From IMG/VR virus record IMGVR_UViG_3300045988_129625, positions 1 to 64,000 of that record: a stretch of 64,000 nt of DNA; one strand, 5' to 3'. This DNA comes from a virus. A program made the position numbers and the translations under genes. A model generated the notes under the pieces. The model saw only the letters and a list, made by a program, of their open reading frames with translations, was not told where the DNA came from and made no database searches. Positions 44,001 through 52,689 of this stretch are shown here, in pieces (position 1 is the first letter of the stretch; each line of letters begins with the position of its first letter).

Positions 44001-47000
44001 CCTTGTTATTTGATTCGGTACGCGCCGACTGTTCCGATTCTACTTCATTCCAAAACCGATCATTGAACGACAGGTGACCTCCCAACATAAGTGTCTTCAG
44101 CGCAGCTTCTCCTCCCGACTCGCTCTGAATCGTTCTTAATTTTTGCAAAAACGATTCTGATACGGCATTGGTAACATTATTTGATTCCTTTCTCCAAACT
44201 TCATTTATAGCTTGTATTTCTTTAGCCATCTTAAGTTGGTCGCCGGTTTTTTCCACTCTCCTGGTTCCTACATATATGTATTCTGAAGCTGCTTCCTTAC
44301 GTTGTTTACGAAGCAGTCCTTCTTCTTCGTAATTGCTGCTTTTAAAATAGGCAACCTCATCAAAATTACCACCGCTATCAATAAAAGGCTGCCTCAATAT
44401 CCGTTTTTGCCTGGATAGAGCATTAAGGTATTCTTTGGTTGTTTGAGAAACCGGATGCCCTAATTCTTCTTTAGCCTTTTTGTATATGGATTCCATTCTT
44501 GTGGCATAACTTTCGCTAAATTCCAGTTCCGAATTTTCAGCATCCCACTTTTCCATCTGTTCTGTATAAATCTTTTCCTGCTCGATGGTAAAAATATCGG
44601 TATTAACTCTATCAGACGATGGTTTGAATTTAGCGTTTTCAGTAACCGTATTTCCATCCTTGTCAACTACTTCTCTTTTAAATACGTAATTACGGTTATT
44701 GTCAACCACATCACCAATTTCTTCTTCTGATATCTCTATGTTCATGGCAGTCGCAAACGCTCGCATCTGCGCCAGCTTCTTATTACGATCGTATTTAGCC
44801 ATATCAAGAGCACTACGAAGGTAATTAGAAGTTTTGCCGTCTACTTTCTGAAGCAGTTTTTCAAATTCAGATTTGTTAAAACCATGCTTTTTAGCATATG
44901 CCAGGAAGTCGGATATGGCGGGCTGGGCATTCACCATCGCATTGTAATTGTCTTTGGCAATCATAGCTCCAAGAGCGTTATTGAACGGACTGGAAGAATG
45001 CTCTAATATACCAAACCACCTACTTATCCAAGAAACATCGTGTTGAACCTTGTCGAAAAATTCTTTTACTCTCTTTACCTTATCTGCCGGCACATGAAGT
45101 TCGTTCATTAACTTATCAAGCAACGTACTTTCATCAAGGTCTTGTACTGATTTAATATCAGATTGAATACCATTAATGTCGGCAATGACGGTATTGATCC
45201 TATTTGTATAATCCTGCTTTTCACGTTCATCAAATTCGGTACTTCTGTTACGGATATATCCTCGAAGATCGTTCATGATCGGAAGAACCTGATTGTTGAT
45301 AATATCTACGTTCTTTCGATCATTGGTATTGAAGTGAAGCTTACCGTCTTTGGTATCACCATGAAGGATGGTGTTTACCACATTGCTTAAGTATCTGACC
45401 TGGGCTTCGGCTGTGGAGATCATGCTGTTCATGGCAGCCGCCATCTCATTCTTGTCTATTTCGGTCTCTACTTTATTTATCTTATCTTCTATGGTCTTAA
45501 GCTGCGCAAGGGTCATAGACGTAGTTACAGCCCTATCAGAGCTTATCTGACGTAAGTCTCTTAAGGTTTTTCTTAATGCCAGGATCTTAGACTCAAGAAA
45601 CTTGTTCTTGTTCATAGAAGAAAGGGAGTATAATGTAAAGTCATTATCCTTTAACAGAGAGGTGTCAAATCCTTTATCTATGTCAGTAATGGCAAGATCA
45701 CGAATGTTTTTAATAACGTTATTCAAATCTTGTCTTTGGGTTGATAAAGCTGATTTAAGCCAGCTTACGATTCCAGATAGAAACTGCCGGACGCGCCCCA
45801 GGAAGGAGGTGGGCTCTACCGGCGCCTGCGCTGTGCCGGTCTGCATCTCCCTGGCGAGGATCTTTCCAAGAATTTCTCTCCTAACGGCATTATCAAGCTC
45901 AGCTCCTTCATATACCTTACCGTATGTATTATAATACTGACCTGCATACTGGTTCCACTCTTCCGTACCTTCTACATCTTGCAGAACAGCCTCAACAGCA
46001 TTCTGATCTCTGTATGCCTCTACAAGGAAGTGGGCTGTTTCTTCTACTAAATCGGATAAAGTAGCATCTTCACCAACTGCTATTACGTTATTGGCAATAT
46101 CCGCCAATGCCTTAGCAGAAGGTTCATGCCCGTATTTGGTTTGGTACTTCTCTATATAGTCGGTCATACCTATGACACTAACGCCAAGAGTTTTCAGTAT
46201 CTCGACAATAGAATTTCGTTGGTCACGTTCCTGCCTGCTATAATCTGATACGATCTTAGCTTTAGTATCAGCATAAAGATCGTTGTCTTCTAATATGAAT
46301 GAAACTACAAGCGCATCAAAATGATCGTACTTGGCGTCCAATTCATTGTATCTTCCTGACTTAAGATCGTTCTTTATCTGCTCTTTGCTAACCCTTTCCG
46401 TTCCTCCGGTGGCGAGTCTCATCGTTACCTTACTGTTATCCAACGAGCTTATGGTTATCATACCTTGATCGTTCATGGAAACATCGGAACCAAAATGATT
46501 ACGGAGCTCAGTGTAGGATAAGGCTGAATTGAAAAGTCTAATTTGTCCTGTATGACCTTCTCCTGTAAGATAATAGCTTCTTGTTTCAGGATCGAATATC
46601 TTAGATCCGGACAAAAGACCTTTCTTTATAAGGTAGTTAATTATACCACCTTTTGTTGATAAAGAAGTGGAAGCAGAAGCGGTCATGACCGGTATAAAAG
46701 ATTTTGGATTATTAAGAACATACTTTCCAGCTTTGTAAGTAATGTCTGCCACGCCATCCACGGTAGATTCTTGAACAGTGCCTGATAAGAATCCTATTCT
46801 AATATCATTCCCGCCAGAGCGAAGAGCTTCTCCGTAATCTTCAAATAATTGACTACGATCGTTCATGAAAAACAAACGAGGCTCTCCGGTCTGATACGTT
46901 ACACCCACAGGATTAGAATCTGTTTCTGGTAACTCCTCTGGGCTAAATATCTTAAGACCGTCTTTTATAACCATATAATTAACACCCTTATCCTGTACCA

Positions 47001-47502
47001 TAGATACGGGAGTGAAGTCCGAAGATATAGCATCTTGTAGATACTGCCCGGCGTCTATTCCTGGTTCTTCCGGTACGGAAATACTTGATGGGACCATAGC
47101 ATCCACCAACATAATATTATCACCCAGATCTTGGCTGTAGAATCCAAAGCCCGATTCTCGGATTTCATAAGGTGCATCTGATTTTGATACAAGAACAGGG
47201 TTACTCATCTTAGAAGCCTTATCCAGCACCCTTTCTCTATAGGCTTCTGGGATAAGATCGATGTTGGATTTTACCTTATTATAAGCCTGTTTGTTGATAG
47301 GCACTCTCTTTCTCCAGTCGCCAAAAGCCTTTAAGAACTTATTAGAAAATACGGTTTTAAAAACAGTAGTAGCCCGTTCCCTATTCTCCATAAGGGGAAC
47401 AGATGCTATTTTATCAAACAACATAGACCTGTCCCCTGATCTGGTAGAGACAGAAACAACTTTCTTTTTATTATCTCTTTTAATAATACACGCTGATGTC
47501 AT
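41080..47502 (-). CDS. giant protein (2140 aa), putative virion/ejected protein; speculative RNAP-like
   Basis: Uninterrupted 6.4-kb ORF; the segment ..IKYDADGNEVATKN.. weakly resembles the DxDGD metal-binding motif of multisubunit RNAP beta-prime (speculative). Confidence 0.6.
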   Translation of the reverse strand: MTSACIIKRDNKKKVVSVSTRSGDRSMLFDKIASVPLMENRERATTVFKTVFSNKFLKAFGDWRKRVPINKQAYNKVKSNIDLIPEAYRERVLDKASKMSNPVLVSKSDAPYEIRESGFGFYSQDLGDNIMLVDAMVPSSISVPEEPGIDAGQYLQDAISSDFTPVSMVQDKGVNYMVIKDGLKIFSPEELPETDSNPVGVTYQTGEPRLFFMNDRSQLFEDYGEALRSGGNDIRIGFLSGTVQESTVDGVADITYKAGKYVLNNPKSFIPVMTASASTSLSTKGGIINYLIKKGLLSGSKIFDPETRSYYLTGEGHTGQIRLFNSALSYTELRNHFGSDVSMNDQGMITISSLDNSKVTMRLATGGTERVSKEQIKNDLKSGRYNELDAKYDHFDALVVSFILEDNDLYADTKAKIVSDYSRQERDQRNSIVEILKTLGVSVIGMTDYIEKYQTKYGHEPSAKALADIANNVIAVGEDATLSDLVEETAHFLVEAYRDQNAVEAVLQDVEGTEEWNQYAGQYYNTYGKVYEGAELDNAVRREILGKILAREMQTGTAQAPVEPTSFLGRVRQFLSGIVSWLKSALSTQRQDLNNVIKNIRDLAITDIDKGFDTSLLKDNDFTLYSLSSMNKNKFLESKILALRKTLRDLRQISSDRAVTTSMTLAQLKTIEDKINKVETEIDKNEMAAAMNSMISTAEAQVRYLSNVVNTILHGDTKDGKLHFNTNDRKNVDIINNQVLPIMNDLRGYIRNRSTEFDEREKQDYTNRINTVIADINGIQSDIKSVQDLDESTLLDKLMNELHVPADKVKRVKEFFDKVQHDVSWISRWFGILEHSSSPFNNALGAMIAKDNYNAMVNAQPAISDFLAYAKKHGFNKSEFEKLLQKVDGKTSNYLRSALDMAKYDRNKKLAQMRAFATAMNIEISEEEIGDVVDNNRNYVFKREVVDKDGNTVTENAKFKPSSDRVNTDIFTIEQEKIYTEQMEKWDAENSELEFSESYATRMESIYKKAKEELGHPVSQTTKEYLNALSRQKRILRQPFIDSGGNFDEVAYFKSSNYEEEGLLRKQRKEAASEYIYVGTRRVEKTGDQLKMAKEIQAINEVWRKESNNVTNAVSESFLQKLRTIQSESGGEAALKTLMLGGHLSFNDRFWNEVESEQSARTESNNKASYLKMAHDIISSTTSDRDATDVDSIVKDIEKNKAIIKEIIGNNRDVADIGEINEATFTSSERDAFRAASEAIEADYAILIDYAKMVGLEDIDKYLTKSSKAENEVNQSYLNALADSKEVEWKFVQRHTTAKKAKRIQALRDKLFKAADNRYLFTVSETNYLSEKLGISKELDGRDFRNAVNAKMASLFLNNTREEGIEETNAIVNEFARSQVFSYYKRMAPTGYAAMIDKIGRGEIDVAQMVKDVQNGTSTQDYGMDISYLSFDPARAWVAESEAENSGRNPDYVKDHGYGHRMPKKSLYRDESYFNDFGIKYDADGNEVATKNVEQWNMIQKLKEIKRQSLDLYKEQSPNLYAIPQISKQDIERMEGLGINFKNTVRNFVSDLCLDRVDDSLYGKTRQGEVYDPEDRLRSIPKYYIYELENQDDVSHDFGYSYSMLMMQSSLYNEKQKSIELAQGLEQMLLNKQFEGGKKAEATQAYQMFRDFFNDHYYGIRMNTKKLTVNIGGYTVDLTRIMMAVERFMSVMNLALSPFVAATGALTGHINLIMESAVGQYISKDSLKYASAEFSRLAPSCIAETGDIDRKSKLYVIGERMGIFNIRNRMYGAGYNRAARTLMRSPMYAFMEILNYPLDPQVMIATMDNVRYYKGRFYTFQDFKMEKERNKEQSTIKREWNALKDRTLWSMVDVVDGKVVVKPGSGVTVEEVETQMAITRNQVRSLSQICNGSLNEENRTAASRNWIARFMTAHRGWLVLAAQRLWKRRGFNFQTMQEEEGLSITLKNMIAKTFSLASESGMKNIIDAWNENKDNMNEVEKTNIKRLSVYAGTFLIMQAVSMLLAGWRDDDENEESWLTQFGSYVGFRTINEIASQMPFIMELNVVDIINDPFVMGRKLKDLTDLRNYSLDKVTSGTYKGEFKLFRQLAKQTFIKQWYNIKTPEDVARAYNWWQQTNNKSMMFFIGATPDSEGDDDVSYK

Positions 47503-47562
47503 AGTAAAACATTTTTGTTATGAGACAAAGGTAGTTAAAAATCAAGCATATCATAAAAAATA

Positions 47563-47592
47563 AAGCCATCTAACTTCTCAGTCTGATGGCTT
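47563..47592 (-). terminator. hairpin terminator for the upstream minus-strand gene
   Basis: AAGCCATC(47563-47570)/GATGGCTT(47585-47592) perfect 8-bp stem; A-run on + side = U-run on the minus transcript. Confidence 0.45.
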
Positions 47593-47644
47593 AAAAATAA
47601 TATGAGAAAAAATTATAATCTGACGAAAAATCGTCAAGTTTAGC

Positions 47645-47968
47645 TTATATGTAATGAATGTACCCATCTCGGTGTATAAACCTTCCCGATTCAAAGCGCT
47701 CAATATCTTCAGGGCAAATAGAGCCTGAATCTTCTCTCCTGGCTTCAAACCAAAGCCCCGGCTTACGAAGTCGGCAAGTTATGATATAGTTGAAGCAATT
47801 GTGCGTAAAATGGAAAACAGATCCTACAGGGAAATACCTATCAGCTTGAAATACGATTCTTTTTCGTTTAGTATCAAACGTGATATCTCCTACTATCTTA
47901 GCCACGTAATAGCTTCTGCCATTTAACGTTTCATCTGTTTGTGGTATCCAATAATAACCTCTTGCCAT
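47645..47968 (-). CDS. hypothetical protein (107 aa)
   Basis: ORF. Confidence 0.5.
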   Translation of the reverse strand: MARGYYWIPQTDETLNGRSYYVAKIVGDITFDTKRKRIVFQADRYFPVGSVFHFTHNCFNYIITCRLRKPGLWFEARREDSGSICPEDIERFESGRFIHRDGYIHYI

Positions 47969-48016
47969 GCCACAAATATATAAAAAAATCGGACAAGATA
48001 CATGTCCTACTTTATA

Positions 48017-48187
48017 TTACTTTGATTCGTTTTCAAACCGCTTTATAAGAGAAGCAATATCATCACCACAAATAAACATCATTCGACGTTCTTCTTTTGG
48101 TTTATGAGACACTGGGATGGTTTTGTTTATCTTAATCTGATTCGCCAGACCTCTGCCTAAACGAATATCAACTTTTTTACCTTTCAT
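48017..48187 (-). CDS. hypothetical small basic protein (56 aa; MKGKKVDIRLGRGLANQIKINK...)
   Basis: ORF below the track cutoff, fills the gap between neighbouring minus-strand genes. Confidence 0.35.
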   Translation of the reverse strand: MKGKKVDIRLGRGLANQIKINKTIPVSHKPKEERRMMFICGDDIASLIKRFENESK

Positions 48188-48494
48188 GAATTATTTGTTT
48201 AAACAGACCAATTCCATCTATTATAATATGACCGCTTTGCATACGACCATTATTAGGATTATGTAGAAAATTGAAACCACTTTCTTTTTCCTGTCTTTCA
48301 AAAGAACTGATATCCTTTCCTCTACGGGCTCTTTCAAAAGCTTTCTTGAACAACTTACCCCTGAAGGTCTTGACGAGGATCTTGGTAGCGTTATTGCCGG
48401 CTCTTACCATTGCTTTCCTTGCCTGGTCCTCCGAGACAAAACTGCTTCGGAAAATATACGATGCTGCTGCTTGTATGTCCTGCTTGGTAATCAT
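48177..48494 (-). CDS. hypothetical protein (105 aa)
   Basis: ORF. Confidence 0.5.
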   Translation of the reverse strand: MITKQDIQAAASYIFRSSFVSEDQARKAMVRAGNNATKILVKTFRGKLFKKAFERARRGKDISSFERQEKESGFNFLHNPNNGRMQSGHIIIDGIGLFKQIIHER

Positions 48495-48841
48495 ATGATA
48501 AACATTTCTTTCAGAATACTGATCTTTATTCCGTATATCAGTTTTATTTCATCTTTATCATATACGTCAAAAAAGGATTCACTTAAGTCCCTTGAATCTG
48601 CGCTCAATTGAATTATGCAATTACCAGTATAAACCTTAAGCTTGTAATTATCGGAATATATATCATGCATGGTTTCAAATGTCTCAATCAAATTTTCAAC
48701 AAGGGCTCTGTTAAATGAAAAAGGTTCTTTACCATTACCTTTAAATGTGATATGATCTAAATTTATGTTGTCAAATTCATACTCTAACTGATTGCCGTCC
48801 ATCATATCATAAAATATTGACTTTCTGATTATAAATCCCAT
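48491..48841 (-). CDS. hypothetical protein (116 aa)
   Basis: Overlapping stop/start. Confidence 0.5.
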   Translation of the reverse strand: MGFIIRKSIFYDMMDGNQLEYEFDNINLDHITFKGNGKEPFSFNRALVENLIETFETMHDIYSDNYKLKVYTGNCIIQLSADSRDLSESFFDVYDKDEIKLIYGIKISILKEMFII

Positions 48842-48858
48842 ATTGTTTTATTTTTTAG

Positions 48859-49164
48859 TTAATACAAATCTTCTGAATACAACTGTTCTCTAATGGCATT
48901 CCTATCTACCACCATCTCCTGATTATTGTTTCTAACAAGTTCAGACGCTTCCTCTCTTGTTAAAAACCGATTCTTGCTTGTCAAAAATCCTTGAACACTG
49001 CGGTTTTTATGGGCTATACCGTATGCCGCAAGTTGCGATATTATGGAACAATGCCTCAATCCACAAAATACGGTTCCAGATGGTATATTTACTGGACCGT
49101 GAGGCTTGTTCTTGTGATCTTGAACCCATATAGCTGCACATACAACAATTTCCTTATCACACAT
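48859..49164 (-). CDS. hypothetical protein (101 aa)
   Basis: ORF. Confidence 0.5.
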   Translation of the reverse strand: MCDKEIVVCAAIWVQDHKNKPHGPVNIPSGTVFCGLRHCSIISQLAAYGIAHKNRSVQGFLTSKNRFLTREEASELVRNNNQEMVVDRNAIREQLYSEDLY

Positions 49165-49167
49165 AAA

Positions 49168-49443
49168 TCAATAATTTAAAATACCGTTTTTACCAATATG
49201 CTTCTTTTCTTCTTCAGTAGGCCATTCTTTCTTGAACTTACCGTGCCACGTTCCAGGAACTACCACCACTTCGCCTCCCTTGCTATATTCAATAGCGGCA
49301 CATTCAGAACAAAGAGGCTTGCCTTCATATCCCTTTAGCGACTTATCGTAAATACGATTCTTACAAGGTCTTATAAGAGCCCAGTAATATGATGTGGCTG
49401 TATTATCTATACAGCCACATTTTGAACATACAAACAAACTCAT
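49168..49443 (-). CDS. hypothetical Zn-ribbon protein (91 aa)
   Basis: CSKCGC..CSECAA. Confidence 0.5.
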   Translation of the reverse strand: MSLFVCSKCGCIDNTATSYYWALIRPCKNRIYDKSLKGYEGKPLCSECAAIEYSKGGEVVVVPGTWHGKFKKEWPTEEEKKHIGKNGILNY

Positions 49444-50303
49444 CCCGCAATCTCCCAGTCATTAGACATAATATCATGTTCGGTTGGATTCCAATTTGAT
49501 GCTACTTTTTGACCTGTATCTACCATCAATATATTTACGTCAAACATACAGATATACTTTTTACCCCAATCGATTCTTTTTATCTTACGACCTAATTTAA
49601 GCCGTTCTAAAGCCTGTTCGAATGTCATGCCACGACGAGGCAGTTTGAGATACTTTTTAAGTCTGTCGGCAGCTTCATTTGGTGTATGGCCATCGTATTC
49701 GAAAGCGGTTTCTCTTTCAGGAACATCAAACAAATCCCAGTATTTGCTTTCATAGTGATTAGATACCTGACCGGTAGGTAGGATCGCCATCACAATAAAC
49801 CAATCATCAGAACCGAAGCATTTTTCTCCGTCGCTGTGTCTCCTTGATTTGCAAACTTCAACCTGTCCGCTTCTGGCTAATAGATTAAAGAAGGCAGCGT
49901 TATACAACATGCGATACCGATACAATTCATTGAAAGTATGGTATCCATCAGAAACTTCTCCCACGTCTACAGGCTTCTTGTTTTGAATACTACCCAAAAT
50001 CTTCTCTACATAGAGCTGTATTTTATACAGACCCATTTCGGTGTGGCCGTATTTGTTCAAGATATTATTGACATCGTATTGTATATTAAAATCTTTTTCA
50101 AATTCTACTTCAGGATGATTAGGATAGAAGTAGTCCACTGATGCTTCTAACACTGACTTTACGTGTTCTATTATCCTCGCAACATCATCATGTTTAAAAA
50201 AATGCTTAAAACTTTCAATGAATTTAATATCTTCGTTGATTGCTGATTCGAACTCTTCTTTTGTCATCACTCTAATTACATCTTTAAAATCTTTTAATTC
50301 CAT
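49440..50303 (-). CDS. hypothetical protein (287 aa)
   Basis: ORF. Confidence 0.55.
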   Translation of the reverse strand: MELKDFKDVIRVMTKEEFESAINEDIKFIESFKHFFKHDDVARIIEHVKSVLEASVDYFYPNHPEVEFEKDFNIQYDVNNILNKYGHTEMGLYKIQLYVEKILGSIQNKKPVDVGEVSDGYHTFNELYRYRMLYNAAFFNLLARSGQVEVCKSRRHSDGEKCFGSDDWFIVMAILPTGQVSNHYESKYWDLFDVPERETAFEYDGHTPNEAADRLKKYLKLPRRGMTFEQALERLKLGRKIKRIDWGKKYICMFDVNILMVDTGQKVASNWNPTEHDIMSNDWEIAG

Positions 50304-50326
50304 GATTTGTTTTAAATTAATTGTTA

Positions 50327-50962
50327 CTATACTTTCTTTATCCTACAATACAAACCCCACAAAAACTCAGCGGAGAAACTATCCCATACATTATTCTTCT
50401 GCCAAAGTTCTACTTTGTTAACAAACCAAGACCATGTGGGACCCCCATATGGAGAATCAGATGATGATCCCAATCCGATTTTCTCCATTTCATTCGCCAC
50501 ATCAGAATAAGGGTCTAAAATTACTCCCCTAATCATGTTAATGATATCATCCTTGTCTAATGTAAATTGAAACCGCTCCTTGTTAGTAAGCGAATCTTGA
50601 TTCAATTTACCAGTCGCAAGCCATTCTCCATCATGATACAATTCGGCAAGTTTCTTTACCTTATTTTTAAGAAAAGAATACTCTTGTGTGACTTCTATAA
50701 AATCAGCTTCGTTAGCTTTACCCTCTATGAAGATAACGGTTTTGCTTCCAGGTCTATGATCGTCTAAGCTTGCCGGGATTCCCAATATCGTCCATCCTTT
50801 AAACTCAGCTATCTTAAAACGCATGACATCAAACACCTTATAGAAATCATCACAATCTACAGATTCTATTACCTTAATATCCTCTTCTGTGAATTTACCT
50901 CGTATTGGAATAACGTGATGACCGGGGCAGCCATCGGTTCCGAAATATGCGATTCTAACCAC
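50327..50962 (-). CDS. hypothetical protein (211 aa)
   Basis: ORF. Confidence 0.55.
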   Translation of the reverse strand: MVRIAYFGTDGCPGHHVIPIRGKFTEEDIKVIESVDCDDFYKVFDVMRFKIAEFKGWTILGIPASLDDHRPGSKTVIFIEGKANEADFIEVTQEYSFLKNKVKKLAELYHDGEWLATGKLNQDSLTNKERFQFTLDKDDIINMIRGVILDPYSDVANEMEKIGLGSSSDSPYGGPTWSWFVNKVELWQKNNVWDSFSAEFLWGLYCRIKKV

Positions 50963-50982
50963 GATATTTACAATATTTTAAT

Positions 50983-51198
50983 TTATTTTACTAAAACATT
51001 CATATAACACGGCACATCTACTACATCTCTTCTACGAAGTCCCTTATCAAAATAGGAAACCATATAAGTATTTTTACCTTCGTGATCAGGTCTGGGATCA
51101 AAACATTCAAAAACGAATCTTGTTATACCTTCCAAATGACCAAGCATGAAAACAAATTCGCCACTGTATCTTTTATTAGCCAATTCTTCTACAGTCAT
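50983..51198 (-). CDS. hypothetical protein (71 aa)
   Basis: ORF. Confidence 0.45.
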   Translation of the reverse strand: MTVEELANKRYSGEFVFMLGHLEGITRFVFECFDPRPDHEGKNTYMVSYFDKGLRRRDVVDVPCYMNVLVK

Positions 51199-51422
51199 AA
51201 TCTGTCCCCTCCTAATCCCGAATTGATGCTAACGTACTTAACACGGACATCATTTCCACGTCCAAGCTGACCCCAGCCGGGCGATGGCGTTCCCTTAGCC
51301 GGAGCAGGGACAGCCCTAAGCCGAGGCCAGTCCTGATTTTGCCTCATGGCTTCAGCCTCTTTGTAATACCGGTTACACAGTTCTTGATCTTCGTAACCAA
51401 CGTAATCTTCCTTATTTTCCAT
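51195..51422 (-). CDS. hypothetical protein (75 aa)
   Basis: ORF. Confidence 0.45.
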   Translation of the reverse strand: MENKEDYVGYEDQELCNRYYKEAEAMRQNQDWPRLRAVPAPAKGTPSPGWGQLGRGNDVRVKYVSINSGLGGDRL

Positions 51423-51502
51423 ATAGAATACTTTTTCAACAAAAGTACGACATTCATAAATTAATTAGATTTAAAATAAAACAATATGAATTAAAATAAA
51501 AA

Positions 51503-51527
51503 CCCGATACGTTAAAATCGCATCGGG
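51503..51527 (-). terminator. hairpin terminator (minus strand)
   Basis: CCCGATaCG-ttaaaat-CGcATCGGG with A-run on the plus 5' side. Confidence 0.4.
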
Positions 51528-51548
51528 CCTGGTATTGAAAAAATAGGT

Positions 51549-51731
51549 TCAGATCTTGGGTAAAGATTCGAGCCAATTTTTAACATCTTTATATTTAGGG
51601 TCTTTATCTATTCTATCTTTCAGTTCATGTAATGCCGTGTCCATAACCGTATTCGGTACGCCAATCAACTCTCCTATTAAATACAATGGGGTTTTATTCG
51701 ATTTAGATTCGTGTGCTATATTCATATCCAA
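51549..51731 (-). CDS. hypothetical small protein (60 aa)
   Basis: ORF. Confidence 0.4.
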   Translation of the reverse strand: MDMNIAHESKSNKTPLYLIGELIGVPNTVMDTALHELKDRIDKDPKYKDVKNWLESLPKI

Positions 51732-51888
51732 AAAAAAGTTATGTGAAACAAACCGGCCACGGGTATTCTATTGCCCGCCGACCGGTATAACATTTTTATT
51801 CTTTTTTTCCAAACGGGAAAAACGGGAATGCGGGAATCATATTTTTTACTATGGCTCCCGCACCACCGGAAGGACCTGGATCTGGATC

Positions 51889-52656
51889 TCAGGTCAGATC
51901 CTTCCAGTTTATTTTTTCGCCGAGGTAATCTTGCACGGCAAGCCATCTTAATAGTTCCCATTTTCCAAGACCGTTTCTAAACATAAACTTAGCTTCTTCA
52001 AGAAATGATCGAAGATTCTTTTCGGCGATGATGATTCCATTCTGTTCTAACTTTTTAGCAATATCACGAATCAACCACATATTATTATGGTCTACCTTCC
52101 TAAAAGACTCGGCAAATTCCACATCAGGCTTATGCTCTTCTATTGTTTTCAAGGCTTGTTGCTTCTCTGCCTCTGCCTGCGACTTTTCAGCTATAGCTCT
52201 CTGAGCGGCTTCATACTGATCAGCCCAGGCCCTTGCTGCATCTGCTGGATTAGAAAAATCAGGAACCAAAATACCCTTTCCGCCTAAACTTGTTTTGTAT
52301 TCTCCTGTTTTACGAATAGAAGGAAGAACCTCAGATGTTATCCATCGTTTAAATCTCTTAGCAGATTCTAATTTCGAAGATAATATAAGAGAATATAAAC
52401 CAGATTCATTAATGATTCTTATATTATCTATGTATCTGGTTTTCAATAGGGATTGATTCACGCCCCATTGATTATCAGATACTTGCAAAAGTGTAGAATC
52501 ATCATCATCCACATGTCTTTTTACCGCATCTTTAGCATTTATATATCCAAGAGATTTTGCCACGTCTGACGCCACAAACCATACATCACCTTTTGGATCT
52601 ACAATAATTCTAAGCTCTCCAAAATCTGAACTTTCAAAAACAGAAACTTTATCCAT
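51889..52656 (-). CDS. Bro-N domain antirepressor-like protein (Bro-N + KilA-C/ANT-like C-terminus)
   Basis: MDKVSVFESSDFGELRIIVDPKGDVWFVASDVAKSLGYINAKDAVKRHVDDDD matches the Bro-N consensus. Confidence 0.75.
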   Translation of the reverse strand: MDKVSVFESSDFGELRIIVDPKGDVWFVASDVAKSLGYINAKDAVKRHVDDDDSTLLQVSDNQWGVNQSLLKTRYIDNIRIINESGLYSLILSSKLESAKRFKRWITSEVLPSIRKTGEYKTSLGGKGILVPDFSNPADAARAWADQYEAAQRAIAEKSQAEAEKQQALKTIEEHKPDVEFAESFRKVDHNNMWLIRDIAKKLEQNGIIIAEKNLRSFLEEAKFMFRNGLGKWELLRWLAVQDYLGEKINWKDLT

Positions 52657-52689
52657 AATAAAAAAAATAGGCCCAAAAGAGAATGTCAG

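Noticed and set aside
41443-45934. Numerous 60-150-aa plus-strand ORFs inside the 2140-aa gene, and similar ones inside the 2110- and 751-aa genes
   Set aside because: They are antisense shadows of long uninterrupted ORFs.
51556-51980. Three mutually overlapping ORFs (51556-51951 +, 51722-51961 -, 51771-51980 +)
   Set aside because: They are incompatible with each other and with minus-strand genes 51549-51731 and 51889-52656. The region is better explained as structured non-coding DNA.
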